Assembly (NCBI GenBank): GCA_050613775.1
Contig: JBODTK010000010.1
Location: 124,001-188,000 of the forward strand
Direction: 5' to 3'
DNA from: Neocallimastix sp. 'constans'
Taxonomy: Eukaryota
Length of the DNA stretch: 64,000 nt
Shown piece after piece: positions 1 to 11,170 of the stretch (the first letter of the stretch is position 1; each line of letters opens with the position of its first letter). The notes beneath the pieces are model-generated. The model was not told the DNA's origin. It saw nothing but the letters and a program-made list of their open reading frames with translations, and searched no databases. A program made the position numbers and the translations under genes.

Positions 1-136
1 TAATAATAAAAAGATTGTATTTTTAATAATAATAATAATAATAATAAAAAGATTGTATTTTTAATAATAATAATAATAATAATAAAAAGATTGTATTTTT
101 AATAATAATAATAATAATAATAAAAAGATTGTATTT

Positions 137-179
<43 letters not shown>

Positions 180-215
180 GATTGTATTTTTAATAATAAT
201 AATAATAATAATAAA
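1..215. repeat. Minisatellite: core AAAAAGATTGTATTTTT separated by variable (AAT)n
   Basis: Five copies of aaaaagattgtattttt, each followed by a variable-length taa/aat run; probably continues left of the window. Confidence 0.9.
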
Positions 216-1676
216 TAATATATAATAATAAAAATTTCAATTTTCAAGGGGTTAGATGTACTATTAATATAGATCATAATTTAATTTTATATATTTTTAA
301 TAATATAACTAAAACATAAATAATATATAATAAGATTTAAAGGTAATATTTTATACTAATTAATAATAAATAAAAATGTAATTTTAAAATAACTTTAAAG
401 AATATAAAAATATAATTTAATATAAATTTCCTAATACATAAATTTTTTAACATTTGTACTCATTTTCTTTTTTGTTATTTTTCATAAAATTTACTTTATA
501 TCTTGAAAAATTTTTATCAATAATTATAAATAATAAATAATAATAATAATAAATTATATATAATAATAATAAATAAATAATATAATAATATATAATAATT
601 AATGTATAATAAATAATAAATAATAAAATAAAAAAAAAAAATGATAAGATTTAATTTTGAAAATTTATAAGTTCTCCAAAAAGCTAAAAAAAAAAAGGGG
701 CTGAAACCAATAGATGTACAAACATGAAATAAAAAAAAATTTATACAAAATGAGAATGATACGTTATATTTAAAAATAAAACATATGATCTAATTTTGTA
801 TATTAATCTATTATTAAATATTAATATTATTGATGATGTAAATTCAATTGGTAAAATTTAATTTAATTGCAAAAAAAAATTTTTCTAAAAATTAAATAAA
901 ATTTATTTATATTTAATTAGAGTTTAAATCAATATACATATAATATACAATGGAATAATATGATAAAGTATGAAGTTCAGGTTCGGTTCTTTTAAGGTTT
1001 ATTCTTTATTTGGGGGATATAATTTATATGTTTTATAAAATTATTTTATTTAAATTTGATTTATTTAGAATTATATTTACTTATCATTATTTAAAATGTA
1101 AACTAACATTTATTCCTAAAATTAATATTTATTTTCATATTTTGATCTCAAGAATTACTATAATCTATAAAAATATATAAATTAATTTCTAATATAAATA
1201 CAATAAAAACTAGATTAATACATAAATTTATGCTTTTACACCATTTCTTAATTAACATAAATTTATTATTAATTAGAGTTTTTATTTCTATTTCATATCA
1301 AATACAAATGATATAAAATGAAATATTCAAACCTTAATTAATATAAAATAGTTTTTATTATTCAACATAAATTGATGTCATAAATCAAATTTAAATCTAA
1401 TGATTTTATATTTTCAATGTATCTTGATTTCGCATAAATCAATGTTTTAATTATATTCTTATTATTTTATATTTATGTTTATATAGTTATTAAATATTTC
1501 CTTAAGTATTAATTATTAATATTTATATTCATTTAATAGTTTATTTTAATCACAAGAACAATTAATTAAATCGTTAATTATAACTAAATAGCATAAAAAT
1601 AAAACATTTCTCGGAATTAAGAGTAATGTAGTGTAAGTTAGTGTAAGAAAGTTGTTAGATAGTTTTAAATATATGT

Positions 1677-1678
1677 AA

Positions 1679-1760
<82 letters not shown>
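1677..1760. repeat. (AAAT)n microsatellite
   Basis: Uninterrupted aaat run. Confidence 0.95.
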
Positions 1761-1762
<2 letters not shown>

Positions 1763-2142
1763 ACTTTAATAAGCTTAATAAATAAATCCTAACAAAAGTA
1801 CATTGAACTTTTGTTGTATATCACTAATTTAAAACTGGTCGATCTTAATTGTTTTTTAATTTATCTTTCATATATTAATTATTAAAAAGTAAAATATATT
1901 AATTATTAATTTATCAATCATATATAAATTATAAAAAAGTGGAATATATTTAATATATATTGATTGGTTGAATATATTATTAAAAATTATAAATAATCAA
2001 AAAAAAAAAATATATAAAAAGCAAAAATTTTAGTAAAATCTAAAATACATAAAAAAAAAATTTTTAATATATATAAAATAATATAAATTATTAAATTATT
2101 ATTAAAGATAAAGTTTTTTGTGATTTTTTTTTTTAATCAAAA

Positions 2143-2475
2143 ATGGATACTTATAATAATGAAGTAATCAAAGCCGAGGTGGTAGAAGAAAATAATAATG
2201 AAGAAAATAAGCAAAACATTCAAGCTGTTATATATTACCTTAAATTTATGGAGGATCAAAAACAACAAGAAGTTCAACGATGCAATGAAAGAATGAAAAT
2301 GTTAGATGGTCTACTTGACAGTGTAGTACTCAATATTAGTAGGGAATTAAAAACTCTTGAAGTTTTGGAAAAAAGAAAACATGTTTTAGGAGAAAAAATA
2401 AAAGAAGTAGAAGCTTTATTAAACTATATTAGAGATCAGTATCAGAGCTTTGGTAGGCAATACAATGAAGGTTAA
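2143..2475 (+). CDS. 110-aa coiled-coil protein; diverged paralog (unit 0) of the tandem Q/N-repeat gene family
   Basis: aaaATG start; E/K/Q/L heptad pattern; C-terminus LLNYIRDQYQSFGRQYNEG aligns with ENFINNHYQSINE*YNEG of the 14533 gene; shares upstream blocks and 3' hairpins with units 1-3. Confidence 0.75.
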   Translation: MDTYNNEVIKAEVVEENNNEENKQNIQAVIYYLKFMEDQKQQEVQRCNERMKMLDGLLDSVVLNISRELKTLEVLEKRKHVLGEKIKEVEALLNYIRDQYQSFGRQYNEG

Positions 2476-2544
2476 GATAGTATATATAAAATAATATAAA
2501 TTATAATTTTAAAATGATTTATATTTTATATGCTATATGTATTT

Positions 2545-2586
2545 ATCAAAAGAAGAAGTAATTAAATGATTACTTCTTCTTTTGAT
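2545..2586 (+). other. Perfect 18-bp inverted repeat (3' UTR hairpin) of unit 0
   Basis: atcaaaagaagaagtaat-taaatg-attacttcttcttttgat. Confidence 0.85.
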
Positions 2587-2999
2587 CATTGTATTGATTC
2601 TAAAGTTCTAATAATGATTGATAAAAGTTATTTATTTAATAAAGTAAAAAATAAAGAAATTAGAATAAAAATGAAACTATATTTTAAAGTGTTTTTTATG
2701 TTTATATTTATTTAAAATGTTTTTGTGTTTATATTTATATTTATTGAAAGTGTTTTTGAGTTTATGTATTGAAGATGTTTATTAATTATACAAAAATTAT
2801 TATTTTTTATAAGTTTCAATTTAAAATAGGAAGAATTTTTGTTTTATCGGTTTTCAATTTTTTTTTTTTTATTTATTGGTTATTTATATTTTTGATTAAA
2901 GCAATAATTAATTATAATAATTAATAATAATAATAATTAATAATGGAATAAAATAATAATAATAATAATAAAAAAAAAAAAAAGTTAAAACAAAAGATT

Positions 3000-3370
3000 A
3001 ATATTTCAATATTAGGTTTTTTATGGGAATGATTTTCAGAAAAGGATTAAGATAATAATATTTATTATTTTATATTGAGTACTCTTCGTCGACTGTTCTG
3101 TATTTTGTGGGGATGGCGGAGTTTCTAACAAGCGTAATACCATTAATTTGTCTATCTTTTAGATTGATGATGAAATGATATTCCGTTGAATCTACCGTTG
3201 CCAAGAGCGTCGACGTCGAGATGATAAGATATAGATTTTCACCTCCCGATGAAAGATCTGATACAGATTCGGTTGTTAACACTAATACTGAAATTATTAC
3301 TCGCAATAATGGATGTGGTGTTATCATCAATGAATGGGAAAAGTTAGAAACTATTGCTTCTAACGTACTT
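3000..3370 (+). mobile_element. Decayed 3' end of a LINE ORF2 (third family, C)
   Basis: + frame reads EYSSSTVLYFVGMAEFLTSVIPLI...STVAKSVDVEMIR, resembling AYSDTPFLVVTTALLQSIIPIA...TTTTKNFNAEETV at the end of the LINE ORF at 12.7 kb; internal stop. Confidence 0.5.
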
Positions 3371-3517
3371 TTATAATTACTATAATATATAATATTTTAT
3401 TTCATGTATTTTATTTTATTTTTATTTTATTTTATTTTTTTTTAAATCATGTAATTTTATGATTAATATAAATTAAATAAAGTTATTTTCTAAGTCTTAA
3501 AAAAAAAAAAAAATATT

Positions 3518-3738
3518 GCAAGTTTAGTAGGACGAGGTGAAGTTTACAAATTTCTTAATAAAAAAGTAAGACCATTTAAAAAAAATTGGAAAAAAAAAAA
3601 AAAAGCTCGAATTGTATTATTTCTTCTGTTTTACTTTGAGATTTTTTTCAAGTTGTAGACGTCATGTATATGGCGATAAAGAAAGTAAAAAAAAATTTTA
3701 TACAGATAAGTTAGATAAACTTCCATCAAAATAAAATC

Positions 3739-3770
<32 letters not shown>

Positions 3771-4605
3771 TAGACTTTACTGGGATAGATATATGGCAAA
3801 AAAAATGGATCAAAGTTAAGGCTTAAAGAAAAAATGAATTTTAAGAAAACTAGAGACTATTTAAAGCTCAACTTTTAAATAGCATTGGCTTCTGATGAGT
3901 ATTTCGTATAGATATAGATATAAAATTCGATGCTTGTGTTGCCAAAGCTTGCCTTATGATTGAAGAAGACGGTTCAGAACACTCTCTTTCATTTTCATTT
4001 TTATAGAGATAATAGTAATCTCCGATTGAAACATTGGTTGTCTAAATGCTATCCTTTCCGTGAGTTTCAAAATAAAATATTATATGGATATTGAAATTCC
4101 TTTTAAAAATATTTTTTTGTAATTATCGAAATATTGTCGAATATCAAATTGTAAACACTGATGTCACAGGTATGAATAATGCTGAATCAAATACTGATTC
4201 TGATAGTTGTAATAAAGTGTATATTATTAGTATTAATAATTATAACAATAGTGATAGTATTATTAATATAGAGTAATAGTTTTGATGGTGAAAATATTAA
4301 TATTAATATTAGTGATAGTGAAAATAATAGTATCGTTGCTAATAATATAGTGAATAGGTCAATTGGTGAAAATCGAGTTAATTTTAGTAATTTTCTGAAT
4401 AATGAATGTATAAATATATAGGTGACATGGTATCGAGTATATAACTTCCTTCTTGGTAGAAAAGATGAAGACATTATTGATTTAGATTATTAAAAAAGGA
4501 ATAGAGAAGTTTTTGTTTAAGAACCAAATCATTTCTGGTGATTATTCAAAAACGGCATTCTTGGTGCGATCTGCGGCTCTCTTTACAGAAATTATGCCTC
4601 GGTTA
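3518..4605 (+). mobile_element. Decayed, internally deleted LINE fragment (family B)
   Basis: Collinear with 36347-36390 and 36890-37940 (e.g. aagaaccaaatcatttctggtgattattc, gaaattatgcctcgg); many stops and frameshifts; HWLSKCYPF zinc-knuckle remnant and YNFLLGR motif. Confidence 0.85.
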
Positions 4606-4635
4606 ATAATAAAATAAATAAATAATAAATATATT

Positions 4636-4673
<38 letters not shown>

Positions 4674-5149
4674 AATTAATTAAATAAAAAAATAAATAAA
4701 TAAAATTATAATAATTGAATAAATTAAAATATATATAATAAATTATATATAAATATAATAATAATAATAAATAGACTTTATTATTATATTATTATTATAA
4801 TTAATTAAAGTTATTCTCTAAGTTAAAAAAAAAAAATTACAAAACTCGGTTCTTTTAAGATGAAGCAATTTATGAGTTTTATGAAAATTTATTTTATATA
4901 AGAATTACAACTACATATCATTAAGTTCTTTCAAAAAGCAAAAAAAAAAAAAAAAAAGGGGGCTGAAACCAATAGCTGTACAAACCTGAAATAAAGAAAA
5001 AAAAAAAGAAAAAAAAAATTTATTCAAAATAGGACCCTGTTATATTTAAAAATATAACAAATCTCATTTTGTATATTAAAAATTTAATCTACTATTAAAT
5101 ATTAATATTATTAGTGATGTTAAATTAAATTGATAAAATTTAATTTAAA

Positions 5150-5186
<37 letters not shown>

Positions 5187-5626
5187 CTAGAAATTAAATT
5201 TTATTTATATTTAATTAGAGTTTATTAATTGTAACATTCAATTTTATATTTTAATTATTACAAAATATTAATTATTAATAAAAATCACAATATACATATA
5301 ATATATTCATCGGTTGAATATATATTAAAATTATAAATAACATAATTATTATTTTTTGAATAATTTTAAATAATATCCCATATAAACTTATAAAAAATAA
5401 ATAAAAAAAAAAAAAAAAAAAAAATTCAAATATAAAAGAAAGAAATTTCCTTATTATTAAAAAATCAAAATATATATAAAAAAATTTGAACTTTAGAATA
5501 ACATAAAAAATTATTTTTATTATATAAGTTATTTTAAAGATAAAAAAATTTTTATTTAAATTATTTTAAAAATTATAAATTTTTTATATTATTTTTTTTA
5601 ATAAAAAAATATATTTATTTATAAAA

Positions 5627-6208
5627 ATGAAAAATAATCAAGAAGAAATAGATGATGTTAACTCTCAGGGAGATGCTGAGATTGAAAGCCCAGCTCAAGA
5701 TCAAGGTCATGGTTTTGATAATCCTAATTTCAATCTACTAAACCTGACAGTTGCAGAAGGAGTTCATAATTTATTTCAGGACAATACAGTAAACGAGGCA
5801 AATCAAGCTCAAGGTGGTGGTGTTCTTCAGGAAAATACAGTAAACCATGAAAATTTAGCTCAAAATCGTGGTGATCCTCAGGACGATACAGTAAACCATG
5901 AAGTTCCAGTTCCAGTTCCAGCTCAAGGTCATGATGTTCTTCAGTACAATCCGGTAAATCACCTTGGTAGAGCTCAAGGTATTATGTATGGTATTCAACC
6001 TAATAATCAAGACCAGAATAATCTTCTGGACCAATACAACCGTGCAAGAAATCAAAATTTAGTTGAACTTCGTGAACTTCTTAAAAATTTAATTGAAAAT
6101 GTTGAAAATGAAAGGAAATATCTAGAAAGTTTGAAAGTGAAAAAAGCGGATTTAAAAAGAAAAATAAGTAATAAAGAAGTTTTAATAAACATTATTACAA
6201 ACGAATAA
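5627..6208 (+). CDS. Q/N-rich repeat protein with C-terminal coiled coil (unit 1, 193 aa)
   Basis: Open frame with aaaATG context, GC-richer than flanks; 4 Q-x-[ND]-x-VN repeats; no signal peptide. Confidence 0.85.
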   Translation: MKNNQEEIDDVNSQGDAEIESPAQDQGHGFDNPNFNLLNLTVAEGVHNLFQDNTVNEANQAQGGGVLQENTVNHENLAQNRGDPQDDTVNHEVPVPVPAQGHDVLQYNPVNHLGRAQGIMYGIQPNNQDQNNLLDQYNRARNQNLVELRELLKNLIENVENERKYLESLKVKKADLKRKISNKEVLINIITNE

Positions 6209-6329
6209 GATTTTATTAACAATCATTATCAGGGTATAAATGAATAATACAATGAAGGAAAAAATGGTGATTATAAAATAATATAAATTACTTTATTAAA
6301 GTAATTAATATTTTCTTATACACTTATAT

Positions 6330-6369
6330 TAATCAAAAGAAAAAATTGTGAAATTTTTTCTTTTGATTA
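6330..6369 (+). other. Perfect 18-bp 3' hairpin of unit 1 (loop GTGA)
   Basis: taatcaaaagaaaaaatt-gtga-aattttttcttttgatta. Confidence 0.85.
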
Positions 6370-6828
6370 GTGTATAGTGTATGCTTCAATTATATTTTAA
6401 TAATGATTGTTATATTAAAAGTTATTTGAAATTAAATAATATAAGAAAAAAAAAATTTAAATAAAAATTAAATTGTCATTTAAAGTATATAAATATTAAG
6501 AATAAATTTGAATTTTTTGAAAGTGTTATTGTGTTTATTAAAGTGTATTTTATGTTTATATCTTATAATTTATATTATCGTTTTTTTAATAAAAATATTT
6601 TTGTATATATATATTAAATTATAAATAATTTTTTTTTTTTTTTTTTTATCTTATTTTGTTTTAATATGTTTCAATTTAAAATAGAAATAACTTTTGTTTT
6701 ATTGATTTATAATTTTTTTTTCTAGATTAAAACAATAATTAATAATAAAACATAAAACGATTTTTAAATTTTTTTTTTTTTTAAGATTAAAACAATAATA
6801 AATTGTAAAACTGAAAAAATAAGTAAAA

Positions 6829-8230
6829 ATGAAAGTTACTAAAGCACTCTTTTCTATTAGTAAATTTCTTTCAAATTCCAAAATTCCTATTCCATTTAAG
6901 AAGATTATAATTAACTCTTATGTACTTAGTAAAGTCACTTACTTTGCGTCTTTACTTGGTTCAAATAAAGCGAGAACAAATAATACTCAGAAATTAATTA
7001 ATAAAGGATTAAGATGGGTTGCAGGTATACAAAAAGCTAAATCATTTATTAATATATATTCTATTTCAAAAGATTTAAATATTCCTCCATTGTCAGCTAA
7101 GTGTGCTTTGTCTCAAGTCAAATGTTTTGATAAATGGAAAGATTCAAATTGTATTATTTCCTATTTAGTTAATAATATTCCAAAAATCTAGAAAATATAC
7201 ATGGAAAAAAGAAAGTAGAACTCTTAAACGTAAACTAGAGAAAAGAGGTAATAACGATAATAAAATCAAGAATTTTTATTGGAATAGAGATATGAAAATC
7301 AATTCTATTAAAGCTGAGTTTTATGACAAAAACAAATTCGAAGAAACATCAAAATTTATAAAACTTTGTTATGAATATCCTGATCTTTCATATGGTTTCT
7401 ATTGGCTATTGAGAGCACAAAGCGGATATAGATTAGATGCTAGAATTGCTAAAGCTGCAAAATTAATAGATCAGATGTGTCCTAATTTTTGTCCCTGTTG
7501 TAAAAGTAATAAACAATGGATAATGATTAGAGCAACAGTAATAATAGTAATAGTAATAATAGTAATAGTAATAATAGTAATAGTAATAATAGTAATAGTA
7601 ATAATAGTAATAGTAATAATAGTAATAGTAATAATAGTAATAGTAATAATAGTAATAGTAATAATAGTAATAGTAATAATAGTAATAGTAATAATAGTAA
7701 TAGTAATAATAGTAATAGTAATAATAGTTTTAGTAATATTAGTAATAGTATTATTAGTAATGTTAGTAATAGTATTGAAAATAATGTGTATGTTGATTCT
7801 AGTGTGTGTGAAAAAGTATTTAATTTCCTTCTTGGAGGTCGAACTATTAGTAATAGTACAAGGGAATGGAAGGATCTATTTAAGTGCCAGATGAAATCAG
7901 GTGCTTATTCTGATACTCCATTCTTGGTGGTTACTACGGTACTTCTCCAATCGATTATACCTATTGCTATTGGCCAGCAATGGTCTTTGTTCAATAGGTT
8001 CAAATTGAATCGTACTACTACTACTAAGAACTTCAATGCTGAAGAAACAGTATGGCAGGCCAGCAGGGCTAGCGCAACCAATGAAGATCATAATTTTGTA
8101 TCTTAAAATTATGATTAACATTGCGAAGTCAAAATTAATTATTATACTTCAGTATAATAATGCCCTTGTGAAGTCTTACAGATATTAATTAAATGATACT
8201 AGAATATATTATCCCATTATTTTATTTTAT
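6829..8230 (+). mobile_element. 5'-truncated LINE ORF2 3' portion (family A), copy 1, inactivated
   Basis: Post-RT region similar to 36518-38090 (KIPIPFK vs HIPIPYK; AKCALSQVKCF vs AECAIAQAKCF); +1 frameshift near 7185; deletion through the zinc knuckle; 15-mer expansion. Confidence 0.85.
7537..7728. repeat. (AGTAATAGTAATAAT)n expansion inside LINE copy 1
   Basis: About 12-13 copies of the 15-mer; only about 2 at the equivalent site in copy 2 (12480-12510). Confidence 0.9.
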
Positions 8231-8415
8231 TTTGTGGTTTATTTTGTGTTTTTTTTTGTTTTGTTTATTTTTTTTATCTTTTTTATTATATTTTAAATAG
8301 ATAAATAAATAAATAATTAATTAATTAAATAAAAAATAAATAAATAAAATTATAATAAATGAATAAATTAAAATGTATATATAATAAATTATATATAAAT
8401 ATAATAATAATAAAT

Positions 8416-8749
8416 AGAATAACTTTAATTAATTATAATAATAATGTGTGATAAAATATTTTATTTTCTAATATTTAAATATGATATAAAACAAATATGT
8501 GTAGTTAACATATTTATATATTTAATAATAATTATTAAATATTAAATTTATATCTTTTTGATAATAATCATTTTATTTTATTTTATTTCAGCATGTATTA
8601 TTAATTATAATTTTATTAATAAAATTTACTAAACTACCATTATTTAAAATCCACTGCTTATAAATTATTGCACATAAAAGTCCTGCATATCAAATATTTT
8701 ATCACATGTTTAAATGTAATTTTATTTCTACTATAATTAAAGTTATTCT
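8416..8749. mobile_element. MITE-like element with nested inverted repeats
   Basis: Outer 16-bp IR agaataactttaatta/taattaaagttattct; inner 15-bp IR tgtgataaaatattt/aaatattttatcaca; no clear target-site duplication. Confidence 0.55.
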
Positions 8750-9305
8750 CTAAGTTAAAAAAAAAAAAAAAATTACAAAACTCGGTTCTTTTAAGGTGAA
8801 GCAATTTATGAGTTTTATGAAAATTTATTTTATATAAGAATTACAACTACATATCATTCTTTAAAATGATAACTAATATTTATTCCTAAAACTAATATTT
8901 ATTTTTATACTTTTATCTAAACTTAATTTACTTTTCCTTTCATTAATGATTAAATTCAATAATAAAAATATATAAATTAATTTTAATATAAATATTATAA
9001 AAACTTGATTAATACATAAATTTATGCTTTTACTACATTTCTTATTAACATAAATTTCTTATCAATTATACTATTTTATATCATTAAGTTCTTTCAAAAA
9101 GCAAAAAAAAAAAAAAAGGGGGGGCTGAAACCAATAGCTGTACAAACCTGAAATAAAAAAAAAAAAAAAAAAAATTTATTCAAAATAGGACCCTGTTATA
9201 TTTAAAAATATAACAAATCTCATTTTGTATATTAAAAATTTAATCTACTATTAAATATTAATATTATTAGTGATGTTAAATTAAATTGATAAAATTTAAT
9301 TTAAA

Positions 9306-9340
<35 letters not shown>

Positions 9341-9762
9341 CTAGAAATTAAATTTTATTTATATTTAATTAGAGTTTATTAATTGTAACATTCAATTTTA
9401 TATTTTAATTATTACAAAATATTAATTATTAATAAAAATCACAATATACATATAATATATTCATCGGTTGAATATATATTAAAATTATAAATAACATAAT
9501 TATTATTTTTTGAATAATATCCCATATAAACTTATAAAAAATAAATAAATAAAAAAAAAAAAAATTCAAATATAAAAGAAAGAAATTTCCTTATTAAAAA
9601 ATCAAAATAGATAAAAAAATTTGAACTTTAGAATAACATAAAAAATTATTTTTATTATATAAGTTATTTTAAAGATAAAAAAAATTTTTATTTAAATTAT
9701 TTTAAAAATTATAAATATTTTATATTATTTTTTTTAATAAAAAAATATATTTATTTATAAAA

Positions 9763-11004
9763 ATGAAAAATAATCAAGAAGAAATAGATGATGTTAACTC
9801 TCAGGGAGATGCTGAGATTGAAAGCCCAGCTCAAGATCAAGGTCATGGTTTTGATAATCCTAATTACAATCTACTAAACCTGACAGTTGCAGACGGAGCT
9901 CATAATTTACTTCAGGACAATACAGTAAACCTGACAAATCCAGCTCAAGTTCCTCAAGTTCAAGTTCAAGGTAATGGTTTTAGTGTTCCTCAGATCAATA
10001 CAGTAAACGAGGCAAATCAAGCTCAAGGTCGTGGTAATCTTCAGGACAATCCAGTAAACCATGAAATTATAGCTCAAGGTGGTGGTGATCCTCAGGACGA
10101 TACAGTAAACCATGAAGTTCCAGTTCCAGTTCTAACTCAAGGTCATGATTTTCTTCAAGACAATGCAGTAAACCAGGCAGATTTAGCTCAAGTTCAAGTT
10201 CAAGGTTATGGTTTTGGAGTTCCTCAGATCAATACAGTAAACGAGGCAAATCAAGCTCAAGGTGATGGTGTTCTTCAGGACAATCTAGTAAATCATGAAG
10301 TTCCAGTTCTAGCTCAAGATAATGTTTTTTTTCAAGTCAAAGCAGCAAACCAGGCAAATCCAGCTCAAGTTCCTCAAGTTCAAGTTCAAGGTTATGGTTT
10401 TGGTGTTCCTCAGATCAATACAGTAAACGAGGCAAATCAAGCTCAAGGTGATCGTGTTCTTCAGGACAATCCAGTAAACCATGAAGTTCCAGTTCTAGCT
10501 CAAGATAATGTTTTTTTTCAAGTCAATGCAGCAAACCAGGCAAATCCAGCTCAAGTTCCTCAAGTTCAAGTTCAAGGTTATGGTTTTGGTGTTCCTCAGA
10601 TCAATACAGTAAACGAGGCAAATCAAGCTCAAGGTCGTGGTAATCTTCAGGACAATCCAGTAAACCATGAAATTATAGCTCGAAATCGTGGTGATCCTCA
10701 GGACGATACAGTAAACAATGAAGTTCCAGTTCCAGTTCCAGCTCAAGGTCATGATGTTCTTCAAGTCAATGCGGTAAATCACCTTGGTAGAGGTCAAGGT
10801 ATTATGTATGGCATTCAACGTAATAATCAAGATCAGAATAATCCTCGTGCAAGAAATCAAAATTTAGTTGAACTTCGTGAAAATTTAATTGAAAATGTTG
10901 TAAATGAATGGAGACTTCTAGAAAGTTTAAAAGTGAAAAGAGCGGATTTAAAAAGAAAAATAAGTAATAAAGAAGTTTTAATAAACATTATTACAAACGA
11001 ATAA
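9763..11004 (+). CDS. Q/N-rich repeat protein with C-terminal coiled coil (unit 2, 413 aa)
   Basis: Long open frame; about 15 repeats including a 186-bp higher-order repeat (10189, 10375, 10561). Confidence 0.9.
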   Translation: MKNNQEEIDDVNSQGDAEIESPAQDQGHGFDNPNYNLLNLTVADGAHNLLQDNTVNLTNPAQVPQVQVQGNGFSVPQINTVNEANQAQGRGNLQDNPVNHEIIAQGGGDPQDDTVNHEVPVPVLTQGHDFLQDNAVNQADLAQVQVQGYGFGVPQINTVNEANQAQGDGVLQDNLVNHEVPVLAQDNVFFQVKAANQANPAQVPQVQVQGYGFGVPQINTVNEANQAQGDRVLQDNPVNHEVPVLAQDNVFFQVNAANQANPAQVPQVQVQGYGFGVPQINTVNEANQAQGRGNLQDNPVNHEIIARNRGDPQDDTVNNEVPVPVPAQGHDVLQVNAVNHLGRGQGIMYGIQRNNQDQNNPRARNQNLVELRENLIENVVNEWRLLESLKVKRADLKRKISNKEVLINIITNE

Positions 11005-11125
11005 GACTTTATTAACAATCATTATCAGAGTATAAATGAATAATACAATGAAGGAAAAAATGGTGATTATAAAATAATATAAATTACTTTATTAAAGTAA
11101 TTTATATTTTCTTATACACTTATAT

Positions 11126-11170
11126 TAATCAAAAGAAAAAATTTCACAATTTTTTTTTTTCTTTTGATTA
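11126..11170 (+). other. 3' hairpin of unit 2 (loop TCAC)
   Basis: taatcaaaagaaaaaatt-tcac-aa(t)11cttttgatta; the T run is expanded. Confidence 0.8.

Noticed and set aside
1..215. Telomeric repeat
   Set aside because: No TTAGGG-like G-rich unit; variable AAT spacers; no evidence this is a chromosome end.
3070..3330. 86-aa minus-strand ORF
   Set aside because: Better explained as the antisense of a LINE C-terminal remnant.
6206..6250. TAA reassigned to Gln or Glu
   Set aside because: The proteases and the 7TM gene have long TAA-free frames and terminate at TAA at sensible domain ends.
6330..6385. Helitron 3' end or rho-independent terminator
   Set aside because: No CTRR after the hairpin, AT-rich stem, eukaryotic context.
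7500..7894. Hydrophobic IVIIV membrane protein
   Set aside because: Out-of-frame translation of the 15-mer expansion in a broken LINE.
5855..10860. Minus-strand ORFs overlapping the repeat genes and LINE fragments
   Set aside because: Antisense shadows of the + strand frames.
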